From an uncultured Gemmatimonadota bacterium (GTDB lineage Bacteria; SM23-81; DAOVCL01), in NCBI GenBank assembly GCA_964626665.1, contig CAZVGK010000021.1:1-57515 (forward strand): a DNA stretch of 57,515 nucleotides, in the 5' to 3' direction. Made by a program: the position numbers and the translations under genes. Below the pieces are notes generated by a model. The model saw nothing but the letters and a program-made list of their open reading frames with translations, had not been told where the DNA came from and did no database searches. How positions within the stretch are numbered: position 1 is the first letter of the stretch; every line of letters begins with the position of its first letter. Shown here in pieces: positions 21,216-28,833 of the stretch.

Positions 21216-22475
21216 TCAACGCAGATACCTCCTGGGATCGGCTATCTTCCCTGCCACCGCGGAGGCAGCGGCAGTGGCTGGACTGGAAAGATAGATCTCC
21301 GCCTCTTTGCAACCCATCCTCCCCTGGAAGTTGCGGTTAGCTGTAGAGAGGCAGACCTCTCCCGGGGCCAGTACCCCCTCATGGGCTCCCAAACAGGGGC
21401 CACACCCGGGGTTCATAACCAGGGCACCACTCTCCACAAAAACTTCAATTATCCCCCTTTGCAAGGCTTCCTTATAGATCTTCCAGGAGGCGGGAAAAAC
21501 AAGCAGCCTGGTTCCCTCCTTCACCCTCTTGCCTCTAAGGATGTCGGCGGCAATCTCCAGGTCTTCTATCCTTCCATTGGTGCAGGTGCCGATGAGCACC
21601 TGATCAAGGGTTACATCCTCTACCTCCTCCACCGGCTTCACATTATCTACGGTATGGGGGCAGGCCACCTGGGGGGTCAAATCGGAGATGTCGTAGTCCA
21701 AAACCCTGGCATAATAGGCAGAGGGATCGGCATAGACCGGCTCATATCCCCGCTTGGCCTTTCCCCTGAGCCACTGCTCGGTCTTTACATCAGGTTTCAC
21801 GACCCCATTCTTTGCCCCCATCTCAGCAGCCATATTGCAGAAGACCATGCGGTCAGAGATCCCCATCCCCTTCATCGTTTTCCCCGCAAATTCCACCGAC
21901 TGGTAAAGGGCTCCATCCGCCCGCAGATCACCAATTATGTGGAGGATAATATCTTTAGCATAGACCCCGCGCGGGGGTGAACCCTCTACATTGATGCGCA
22001 TGCTCTCCGGCACCCTCAGCCATATCTGGCCCGTGGCCCAGATGCCGGCCACCTCCGAGCGGCCAATCCCTGCAGAGAAGGCCCCAAAGGCCCCGTAGGT
22101 GGTGGTGTGAGAATCCGCCCCCAAGATGAGGTCACCAGGAAGGGCAAAACCCTCCTCAGAAAAAACCTGGTGACATATCCCCCAATTGAGATCATAGAAA
22201 TTGGTAATCCCCTGGTCCTTCACAAACTCCCTGATTACCTTATGGTTTAGCGCATACTGAGAGCTTGCTGCGGGAACACAGTGATCTAAGACAATTACAA
22301 TCTTCTCCCTATCCCAGACCTTTCCTGCACCCAAGGACCTGAATTTCTCCGAGATGTCCGCCGTGTTGTCATGGGAGAGCACCCTATCCGGAGAGAGGGT
22401 TAATATCTCCCCCGGGAGCACTTCCTTTTTTCCTGCCTTTTTGGCCAATAGCTTCTGGGCAAATGTCTGGCTCAT
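21216..22475 (-). CDS. leuC: 3-isopropylmalate dehydratase/homoaconitase large subunit (short type)
   Basis: GICHQ, GADSHT, GTCTNGR, PGCGPCLG, NRNFQGRMG. Confidence 0.82.
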   Translation of the reverse strand: MSQTFAQKLLAKKAGKKEVLPGEILTLSPDRVLSHDNTADISEKFRSLGAGKVWDREKIVIVLDHCVPAASSQYALNHKVIREFVKDQGITNFYDLNWGICHQVFSEEGFALPGDLILGADSHTTTYGAFGAFSAGIGRSEVAGIWATGQIWLRVPESMRINVEGSPPRGVYAKDIILHIIGDLRADGALYQSVEFAGKTMKGMGISDRMVFCNMAAEMGAKNGVVKPDVKTEQWLRGKAKRGYEPVYADPSAYYARVLDYDISDLTPQVACPHTVDNVKPVEEVEDVTLDQVLIGTCTNGRIEDLEIAADILRGKRVKEGTRLLVFPASWKIYKEALQRGIIEVFVESGALVMNPGCGPCLGAHEGVLAPGEVCLSTANRNFQGRMGCKEAEIYLSSPATAAASAVAGKIADPRRYLR

Positions 22476-23800
22476 ATCCCCGCTTCCCCCTGTAAAATGG
22501 GAGCTATCCTCCTTGCCTCGCGGAAAACCTTATCCTCCTCAATGGTAAGAACCCTTCCCCCCTGGTAGAGAACCTTTCCCCCTACAATGACCGTCTCCAC
22601 ATCAGAGGCCTGGGTTGCATAGGTCAATGTGGTATAGACATCATCGGAGGAGAGAAAATGGGTACGGTTGAGGTCGAGAACCACCAGATCAGCCCACTTC
22701 CCCACTTCAATGGAACCTATCTCCTGCTCCATCCCCAAGGCCTCGGCCCCCCCTAAGGTGGCCATGCGGAAAGCCTCCTGGGCATCTAAGGCCTGGGGGC
22801 CATTCTTCACCTTTTGCAGAAGGGCGGCCAATCGGAGTTCCCAAAAGCCATCCAGGCTATTGCTGCAAGCTGCACCATCGGCTCCCAGGGATACAGAGAT
22901 CCCCTTTTCCCGAAAACCGGAGACATCAGCGATGCCTGAACCAAGCTTGAGGTTGGAAGATGGACAATGGAGAACCCTGGTCTGGGTGCGGGCCATAATA
23001 TCCATTTCCCCCTCCCCCAACCAGATACAATGGGCCAGACAAAGCCTTTTTCCAGTAAGGCCCAGACTGTCCAGATACTCTATCTCCCCCATTCCCTTTT
23101 CCCGCCGGACGAACTCCACCTCCTCTTTGGTCTCGGCGGCATGGGAATGGATGAGGATGTCCCTTCTTCTGGACTCCTCACCTATCCTTTTTAAGAGGGT
23201 TTGAGAACAGGAGGGGGCGAATCGGGGGGCAAAGCAACCTGCCAACTTCCCATTCCCCTTCCCCTTCCCCTGCCAATTCTCCCAGAGCCTTAGGCTCTCC
23301 CCTAAGGACTCCTCGCTGGTTTCCTTTAAACCTAAAGGAAGCCCCTCCCCCCCATCCATCATCGCCTTGCCAATTATCGCCCTCATACCCGACTCCTGCG
23401 CTGCTCTGAAGACCATATCGGTATGCTTCACCGCTTCCATCGTCAGGATGGTCGTCGTGCCACCCCTGATCAGCTCGGATAAACCTAATAGGGCAGAGAC
23501 ATATACCGAATCGGGAAAATGGGCCGCCTCCAAAGGCCATATCCTCTTCTGCAACCAATCGGTGAGGGAGAGGCCATCAGCCATTCCCCGAAATATGGTC
23601 TGGCAGAGGTGAATGTGGGTCTGCACCAGTCCAGGAATGACAAACTTACCTTTGGCCTTTAAAATCTCCACCTGCGGAGGAGGTTCTATCTTACCCACCT
23701 CAGAAATCCTTCCACCCCTCACCAGAATATCTCCCTCAACTACCCCTTGCGGGCTCATGGTAACCAGGGTGGCACCTTTAATAAGCAAATCTGAATTCAT
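22472..23800 (-). CDS. Amidohydrolase, MtaD/5'-deoxyadenosine deaminase family
   Basis: PGLVQTHIHL, HSHAAET, HCPSSNLKLGSG, LGADG. Confidence 0.85.
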   Translation of the reverse strand: MNSDLLIKGATLVTMSPQGVVEGDILVRGGRISEVGKIEPPPQVEILKAKGKFVIPGLVQTHIHLCQTIFRGMADGLSLTDWLQKRIWPLEAAHFPDSVYVSALLGLSELIRGGTTTILTMEAVKHTDMVFRAAQESGMRAIIGKAMMDGGEGLPLGLKETSEESLGESLRLWENWQGKGKGNGKLAGCFAPRFAPSCSQTLLKRIGEESRRRDILIHSHAAETKEEVEFVRREKGMGEIEYLDSLGLTGKRLCLAHCIWLGEGEMDIMARTQTRVLHCPSSNLKLGSGIADVSGFREKGISVSLGADGAACSNSLDGFWELRLAALLQKVKNGPQALDAQEAFRMATLGGAEALGMEQEIGSIEVGKWADLVVLDLNRTHFLSSDDVYTTLTYATQASDVETVIVGGKVLYQGGRVLTIEEDKVFREARRIAPILQGEAGI

Positions 23801-23832
23801 AGATTTAAATCCTCTTAGCTATTTCCCCAATT

Positions 23833-23861
23833 AAAATAACAAATCTACCCCATTCTGTCAA
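23833..23861 (-). promoter_or_regulatory. Sigma70 promoter for the deaminase-leuCD-ffh operon (duplicated at 27329-27357)
   Basis: TTGACA-17 bp-TATTTT with TG extension. Confidence 0.6.
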
Positions 23862-23875
23862 TCCCATTCTCCCCC

Positions 23876-23909
23876 AAAAAAGAAAGCCAACCTCCATCTG
23901 GAGGTTGGC
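23876..23909 (-). terminator. Intrinsic terminator downstream of mini-RAYT 1 (duplicated at 27373-27406)
   Basis: GCCAACCTCCA-TC-TGGAGGTTGGC with a U-tract on the minus strand. Confidence 0.7.
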
Positions 23910-23913
23910 CTAG

Positions 23914-24160
23914 AAAATAGGGACACTTCCTATTTTTTAGCCAATCTTCCTGGGACGCCCTCGCGGCCTCACTGTCAGCTCGCTATCCAATCTCTGTTCC
24001 TGTCCCTTCATCAAAGAACACACGGGATCGATTGTTCCCCCTCTGGGTATTGTGATGGGGACACCTTACGGCAACAACCCTAACAATCCTTGGCATAACT
24101 GAAAATTATAAGAACCGACTGACGGGATGTCAATAGAAAAATAGGAAGTGTCCCTATTTT
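23914..24160 (-). mobile_element. Internally deleted RAYT element (mini-RAYT 1)
   Basis: Inverted 23-bp hairpin sites at 23914 and 24138 enclose fused 3' and 5' ends of the RAYT gene plus its promoter. Confidence 0.85.
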
Positions 24161-24409
24161 TCTATTTTTCTTGTTTTTTTGACAAAATTTTTCGTAGCAA
24201 CCGCAAAGCCACTAAGATTGCAGAGGAAATAAAAAGCAAAAGAGAGATGAAATAAAACGAATGGTTAAAAATCTTTAAACTTTGCGTCCTTTGCGACTTT
24301 GCGGTGAATTATTTGGTTGCGACTGTGCCGCGCTGTCACCCCTGAATGGAGCCTATCCCCTTCAAACTACCCCCGACGTTTCGGAATTTCTAAGGAATTC
24401 CGAAACGTC

Positions 24410-24471
24410 AAATTACGCTTAAACTCCGGAGTAAACTCAATTTGAAGCCCTTCCTGGAATTTATTCTGCAC
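24410..24471 (-). pseudogene. 5' stub of a RelE/HigB-like toxin
   Basis: GTG start overlapping the antitoxin stop: VQNKFQEGLQIEFTPEFKRNL, then cut by the repeat at 24335-24409. Confidence 0.55.
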
Positions 24472-24679
24472 CTACTCCCTCCCAGAGCTCTGCAACGGGT
24501 CTTGTTTTACCTTCTTTGGCTTCTCTCCATCCATGTTTAAAACTCTCTTTGGCAGTCTTCAACGTTACGCTCTCCTTAAACAAACGAACGATCTGTAAAA
24601 GGTTGGGAAAATATTCTTCCGGTAGATCCTTTACCTCTCCAATAAGCACCTTCTCATATTTGGTTCGTGAAGCAGCCAT
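24461..24679 (-). CDS. Putative type II antitoxin
   Basis: 72 aa, LPEEY..NLLQIVRLF...SF..GW.EA..G.T.PV.ELW; translationally coupled to the toxin stub. Confidence 0.6.
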   Translation of the reverse strand: MAASRTKYEKVLIGEVKDLPEEYFPNLLQIVRLFKESVTLKTAKESFKHGWREAKEGKTRPVAELWEGVGAE

Positions 24680-24833
24680 ATTTTTCTCTCCTTTCGCTAA
24701 AACATTTATCTAAACATCAGTTAACTCAAGGTATTACTAAACTCCCTTTCATTCTTCTATGAACATTGTTTGGAAAGGAAGGAGAATTCAGTGGCAACGA
24801 GGGATTAAAAACAGTCAGATACGGTTCAAACCG

Positions 24834-25225
24834 TTAAGAGCGTTCAAAAGAAGGGACTGCCAAGTATTTAGCAAAAGTCGAGGGTTTAGGAATAGGTAAA
24901 TTATCCTCAATTAACCCTTTTACATGCATCTCAATCGCCTTATGCATATTTTGTTCCGCCTCCTCTTGCGTGGCACCTGTTGCTATACAGCCAGAGAACT
25001 TAACTCGTTCCACTCACAAAGTTCTCCATAGGGTCTCTCGACCCTCTGGCGCTCCGCAATCCTCCGCTTGCTCGAATTGCTCCGCTGTCAAGATTGAAGG
25101 GGGCCTACCCCTTTCAAACTACCCCCGGGTCTCAGAACCTCTGGAGACTCCGAGACGCTCAAGTCAGGAGAATAAGCCGAATAGTCCTCATCCATCTTTT
25201 CAATAACAACCAGAAAACGGTGCAT
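24834..25225 (-). pseudogene. hicB: HicB antitoxin interrupted by a 162-bp element
   Basis: MHRFLVVIEKMDEDYSAYSPD | SGCIATGATQEEAEQNMHKAIEMHVKGL; closely similar to the hicB at 35731. Confidence 0.8.
24999..25160. mobile_element. TIR-less multi-hairpin element flanked by AA/AA
   Basis: Interrupts hicB; homologous copy at 46191-46355 and partial copy at 24335-24409. Confidence 0.75.
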
Positions 25226-25227
25226 AG

Positions 25228-25300
25228 TTACTTCACCTCCCCTTTCTTTAATTGGGCTCCCTTCAAAATGCTATTCAGGTCCCTGATGCTAAATTGGTAT
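25228..25300 (-). pseudogene. hicA: 3' remnant of HicA toxin
   Basis: NLASGT(frameshift)NSILKGAQLK matches the HicA C-terminal DL.PGTL.SILKQA motif; cut at the 25305 hairpin site. Confidence 0.6.
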
Positions 25301-25304
25301 TAAG

Positions 25305-25327
25305 AAAATAGGAAGTGTCCCTATTTT
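25305..25327. repeat. Solo 23-bp RAYT hairpin site
   Basis: AAAATAGGAAGTGTCCCTATTTT. Confidence 0.9.
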
Positions 25328-25567
25328 TTCTATATGAGACGCAGATGAACGCAGATAAGCAGGATTCCTAAACATTTCCCTCCCCCTTGATGGGGGAGGA
25401 CTAAGGAGAGGGTGAAGATTTTGTCTATCCCCCCCTCACTCTGCCCCTCTCCCTTCAAGGGAGAGGGAACTATATGCTACAACTTTAGTTGTGCCCTCGT
25501 AGGTTGCGATAGAGAGCAGACTAAAGTCTGTGGCAGCGGGAATTTTGGCCAGCAACATCAAACCTTG

Positions 25568-25782
25568 TTAAACGGTCTTGTAAGTATCTTCAGTGCGTTT
25601 TGCAACTTTGGTTACAATTACTATCTTTTCGCCATCATCAATTTCGTAAATGATGCGGTATCTTCCAATCCTTTTACGATAGACATTGTCAGTAAGCTTC
25701 TTGGCGCCATAAGGACGTGGAGTTTTTCCCAGGTTAAGTATCGCTTTTGTTATTCTACTCCCATCTTTTCTTGGGAAGCCAA
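25568..25782 (-). pseudogene. 3' portion of a RelE toxin, 5' end lost at the RAYT site
   Basis: GFPRKDGSRITKAILNLGKTPRPYGAKKLTDNVYRKRIGRYRIIYEIDDGEKIVIVTKVAKRTEDTYKTV*. Confidence 0.8.
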
Positions 25783-25816
25783 AATAAAATAGTAAAATAG
25801 GGACACTTCCTATTTT

Positions 25817-26482
25817 TTAGCCAATCTTCCTGGGACGCCCTCGCGGCCTGACCGTCAACTTCCTATCCAACGTCTGCTCCAGCTCCTTGACAAATCCCTC
25901 TTCTCCCAAGGGTCTCTCTGCCAAAGTTGCCTTCCTGATTGCTTCCAAATTTTCCCTCCCTGGTTCCCTCAGGTAATCCCTATACTTGCTCCGCTCAGAT
26001 TCCTGCAGCCAATCGGAACACTTGAGAATATCCTCTTCCCCCAATAGATGAAACCTGGCGCTCGACCACCTGTAGTTCTCAGCATTTTCCACTAATCCCA
26101 CCCGCAAAGGATTCCCTTCAATATACTTAGCCACAGCCCATAGATACCTCTCCTTATCCACTACACAAGAGTAAAAGCGATTCTGCCACAGCCTTCCACT
26201 CCTTCCATACTTCCTGTTTATGTGCTGCGTATAGACAAGATTTGTCCCCCCTATACCACGGGCTAAAGAATCTTCCCTCCGGGGAACAACTAATAGATGA
26301 ATGTGATTGTCCATCAAACAATAAGCCCATATCTCTATCCCATATTCCTCACTATAGTGCCCCAAGATCTTTAGATACACCCTCCGGTCCTCTTCATCGA
26401 AGAACACACGGGATCGATTGTTCCCCCTCTGGGTAATGTGATGGGGATATCCTACGGCTACCACCCTGGCAATCCTTGGCAT
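25817..26482 (-). CDS. REP-associated tyrosine transposase (Y1 HUH, RAYT-type)
   Basis: HHITQRGNNR, AYCLMDNHIHLL (HUH), LWQNRF, YIEGNP, YRWSS, C-terminal RPRGRP. Confidence 0.93.
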   Translation of the reverse strand: MPRIARVVAVGYPHHITQRGNNRSRVFFDEEDRRVYLKILGHYSEEYGIEIWAYCLMDNHIHLLVVPRREDSLARGIGGTNLVYTQHINRKYGRSGRLWQNRFYSCVVDKERYLWAVAKYIEGNPLRVGLVENAENYRWSSARFHLLGEEDILKCSDWLQESERSKYRDYLREPGRENLEAIRKATLAERPLGEEGFVKELEQTLDRKLTVRPRGRPRKIG

Positions 26483-26490
26483 AACTAAAT

Positions 26491-26519
26491 ATTATAAGAA
26501 CTCACTGACGGAATGTCAA
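26491..26519 (-). promoter_or_regulatory. Consensus sigma70 promoter of RAYT (also in the other three copies)
   Basis: TTGACA-17 bp-TATAAT, 8 nt before ATG, no Shine-Dalgarno. Confidence 0.85.
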
Positions 26520-26672
26520 GGGAAAATAGGAAGTGTCCCTATTTTTTCCCTTGACTTTGCTCATTATCAGAATTATTTTCAGCTTACATATGAGAGAAAC
26601 CACCTGGTGAAAAATTTAGGTACTTGACAAGGGTTTTGTACAATAAAACTCACAGGCAGAAAGGAGTAATTT

Positions 26673-26936
26673 ATGCCGATAATAAAACCCATCTCTGATT
26701 TGCGTAATCACACAGATGAAATTTCAGATCTCTGTCATCAAGAAGACGAACCTGTATTCATCACTAAAAATGGCCAAGGAGACCTGGTAGTAATGAGTTA
26801 TGCCCATTACGAAAGACTTCATTCCCTCCTTGAACTTTACAAAAAGTTAGATGAAGCAAAAGTCTCAACAGTAACAGGCCAAAAGGGCATTACCCATTCC
26901 GAAATGATGAAACTAATCAAAGAGCATCTGGAGTGA
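26673..26936 (+). CDS. Phd/YefM antitoxin
   Basis: MPIIKPISDLRN...EPVFITKNGQGDLVVMS; AGGAG RBS. Confidence 0.9.
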   Translation: MPIIKPISDLRNHTDEISDLCHQEDEPVFITKNGQGDLVVMSYAHYERLHSLLELYKKLDEAKVSTVTGQKGITHSEMMKLIKEHLE

Positions 26937-27241
26937 ACAAGAAAACATACGCTATTCAATATCTTCAAACAGCACAACGAGACTTACTCGAAATAATTGA
27001 TTACATCAAATTAGATAATCCTACTGCTGCAAAGGCCTTTGCTGAGAAAATAGATAAACACATTTCAAATTTATCTCGCTTCCCAAAAACGGTGAAAATA
27101 CCAAACAACGAGCGGCTTAAGAGATTGGGTTACAGAATCTTGCCCATAGACCACTATTTGGTATTTTATGTAATTACTGGCCAAATAGTTCAAATTCGTA
27201 GAGTTATTAATGGGGCCCGCCGATACGAATTTCTCCTCTAA
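26933..27241 (+). CDS. RelE/ParE family toxin
   Basis: AQRDLLEIIDYI..DNP.AA...L..FP...GYR....YLVFY...V.I.RV..G.R; 4-bp overlap with the antitoxin. Confidence 0.88.
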   Translation: MNKKTYAIQYLQTAQRDLLEIIDYIKLDNPTAAKAFAEKIDKHISNLSRFPKTVKIPNNERLKRLGYRILPIDHYLVFYVITGQIVQIRRVINGARRYEFLL

Positions 27242-27415
27242 ACTTGTAAAAGTATACTCTACAACCCGAATTACAACAATGCATGATTGTCACAAATTTT
27301 AAGAGCATGCCTTATGAAATCTGATATCAACATAACAAATCCCCCCCATTCTGTCAATCCCATTCTCCCCCCAAAAAAGAAAACCAACCTCCATCTGGAG
27401 GTTGGCCCCAATCAT

Positions 27416-27661
27416 AAAATAGGGACACTTCCTATTTTTTAGCCATCCTTCCTCGGACGTCCTCGCGGCCTCACTGTCAACTCGCTATCCAATCTCTGTT
27501 CCGGTCCCTTCATCAAAGAACACACGGGATCGATTGTTCCCCCTCTGGGTAATGTGATGGGGATATCCTACGGCTACCACCCTGGCAATCCTTGGCATAA
27601 CTAAATATTATAAGAACTCACTGACGGAATGTCAAGGGAAAATAGGAAGTGTCCCTATTTT
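27416..27661 (-). mobile_element. Internally deleted RAYT element (mini-RAYT 2)
   Basis: Same deletion junction as 23914-24160; hairpin sites at 27416 and 27639. Confidence 0.85.
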
Positions 27662-27901
27662 TTCCCATTTTTCTGCTCCAATGGCAGGATATACTTCCTC
27701 TTTAGTTAACCACGAGGCATACTGTAAAGCTTCCTTTATATCCTCAGGTTCAAGATCGGGATATTCTCGGATTATTCCTTCTATTGTCATTTCATTGGCC
27801 ACAAGGTTCACAATCAAAGAAACCGGGATTCTCATCCCTCTAATGCAAGCTTGACCTCCCATAACATTGGGGTTAAAAGTTATTCTCTTAAAGCCTTTCA
27901 T
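27632..27901 (-). CDS. DUF433 antitoxin-like protein, 3' end running into the hairpin site
   Basis: RITFNPNVMGGQACIRGMRIPV...YPDLEPEDIKEALQYA; no PIN-type partner gene downstream. Confidence 0.85.
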   Translation of the reverse strand: MKGFKRITFNPNVMGGQACIRGMRIPVSLIVNLVANEMTIEGIIREYPDLEPEDIKEALQYASWLTKEEVYPAIGAEKWEKIGTLPIFP

Positions 27902-28063
27902 AATTTCTCCCTCCTATTTTTTCCCCTCGTAAAATCTCCCCTCACTCCCTTCAAGGGAGAGGGAACTATATGCTACAACTTTAGTTGTGCCCTCGTAGGT
28001 TGCGATAGAGAGCAGACTAAAGTCTGTGGCAGCGGGAATTTTGGCCAGCAACATCAAGCCTTG

Positions 28064-28560
28064 TTAAATGGCCTTGTAAGTATCTTCAGCACGTTTTGCA
28101 ACTTTGGTTAGAATTATTATCTTTTCGCCATCATCAACTTCATCCCAAAATATGCTATAACCACAGATTCACCCCGTTAAATATACTTTCGTATTTCACG
28201 GGGTGAACACAGATTTTCACAGATTAAATAAGAACCTTTAAGAAGGGAAGGTTTCACCTTTTAAGTGAAAAAGGAGTTTTGAATTCAATTCCTGTAAGGA
28301 GCCTTATTTTGTATATCTTGTGATAATCTTGTGGAATCTCGTGGTTTCTTACTGCATAATCTGGGTTCATATATGATGCGGTATCTTCCAATCCTTATAC
28401 GATAGACATCGGCGGCAAGCTTCTTGGCGCCATAAGGACGTGGAGTTTTTCCCAGGTTAAGTATCGCTTTTGTTATTCTACTCCCATCTTTTCTTGGGAA
28501 GCCAAGAATTTGCTTCTCAACCCTTTTACTCGCTAGTTCGACTTTATAGATCAAAGGCAT
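28064..28560 (-). pseudogene. RelE toxin interrupted by a 222-bp MITE
   Basis: Removing 28144-28365 and one TTCAT restores an 89-aa ORF ending YRIIYEVDDGEKIIILTKVAKRAEDTYKAI*. Confidence 0.88.
28144..28365. mobile_element. MITE with 17-bp imperfect TIRs and a 5-bp target-site duplication
   Basis: CCCAAAATATGCTATAA versus CCCAGATTATGCAGTAA (13/17); TTCAT at 28139-28143 and 28366-28370. Confidence 0.88.
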
Positions 28561-28780
28561 CTCTGTTTTCTTCTAAGAATTCATCAAAAGGTCTTCCCTC
28601 CCCTCTTCGGTAGGCACTCATCTCTTCCCAATGGTCAACAAGATCCTCTAAATCCTCCAATCTTTCTAATAATCTTTCATAACGAGTTAAGGGAAGAATT
28701 ACAAGGGCCTGTTCCTTTGAATCTGCATAAATCTTTTTGAGCTGACCACTAACTTTGTTGACTGTAGTTTTAGTTACCAT
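28544..28780 (-). CDS. Antitoxin (Phd/RelB-like) paired with the interrupted relE
   Basis: 78 aa, VILPLTRYERLLERLEDLED, acidic C-terminus; overlaps the relE start. Confidence 0.7.
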   Translation of the reverse strand: MVTKTTVNKVSGQLKKIYADSKEQALVILPLTRYERLLERLEDLEDLVDHWEEMSAYRRGEGRPFDEFLEENRDAFDL

Positions 28781-28833
28781 TTTTCAATCCCCTTTTTTGA
28801 TCTTATCCACATTAACCCAAATAATAATTTAAT

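Larger units (their letters stand above)
25794..26545 (-). mobile_element. Full RAYT element 1 (752 bp) bounded by inverted hairpin sites
   Basis: AAAATAGGGACACTTCCTATTTT ... AAAATAGGAAGTGTCCCTATTTT; the stop codon abuts the left site. Confidence 0.88.

Noticed and set aside
21087-21980. 297-aa plus-strand ORF, and similar long antisense ORFs in uvrA, rel and the deaminase
   Set aside because: Shadow frames of well-supported minus-strand genes
25412-25792. 126-aa ORF and its 86-aa paralog at 27851
   Set aside because: Similarity arises from the duplicated repeat/relE block read on the wrong strand
28285-28560. Intact 91-aa RelE as listed in the ORF track
   Set aside because: The last 26 residues come from the inserted MITE; the true C-terminus lies at 28064-28143
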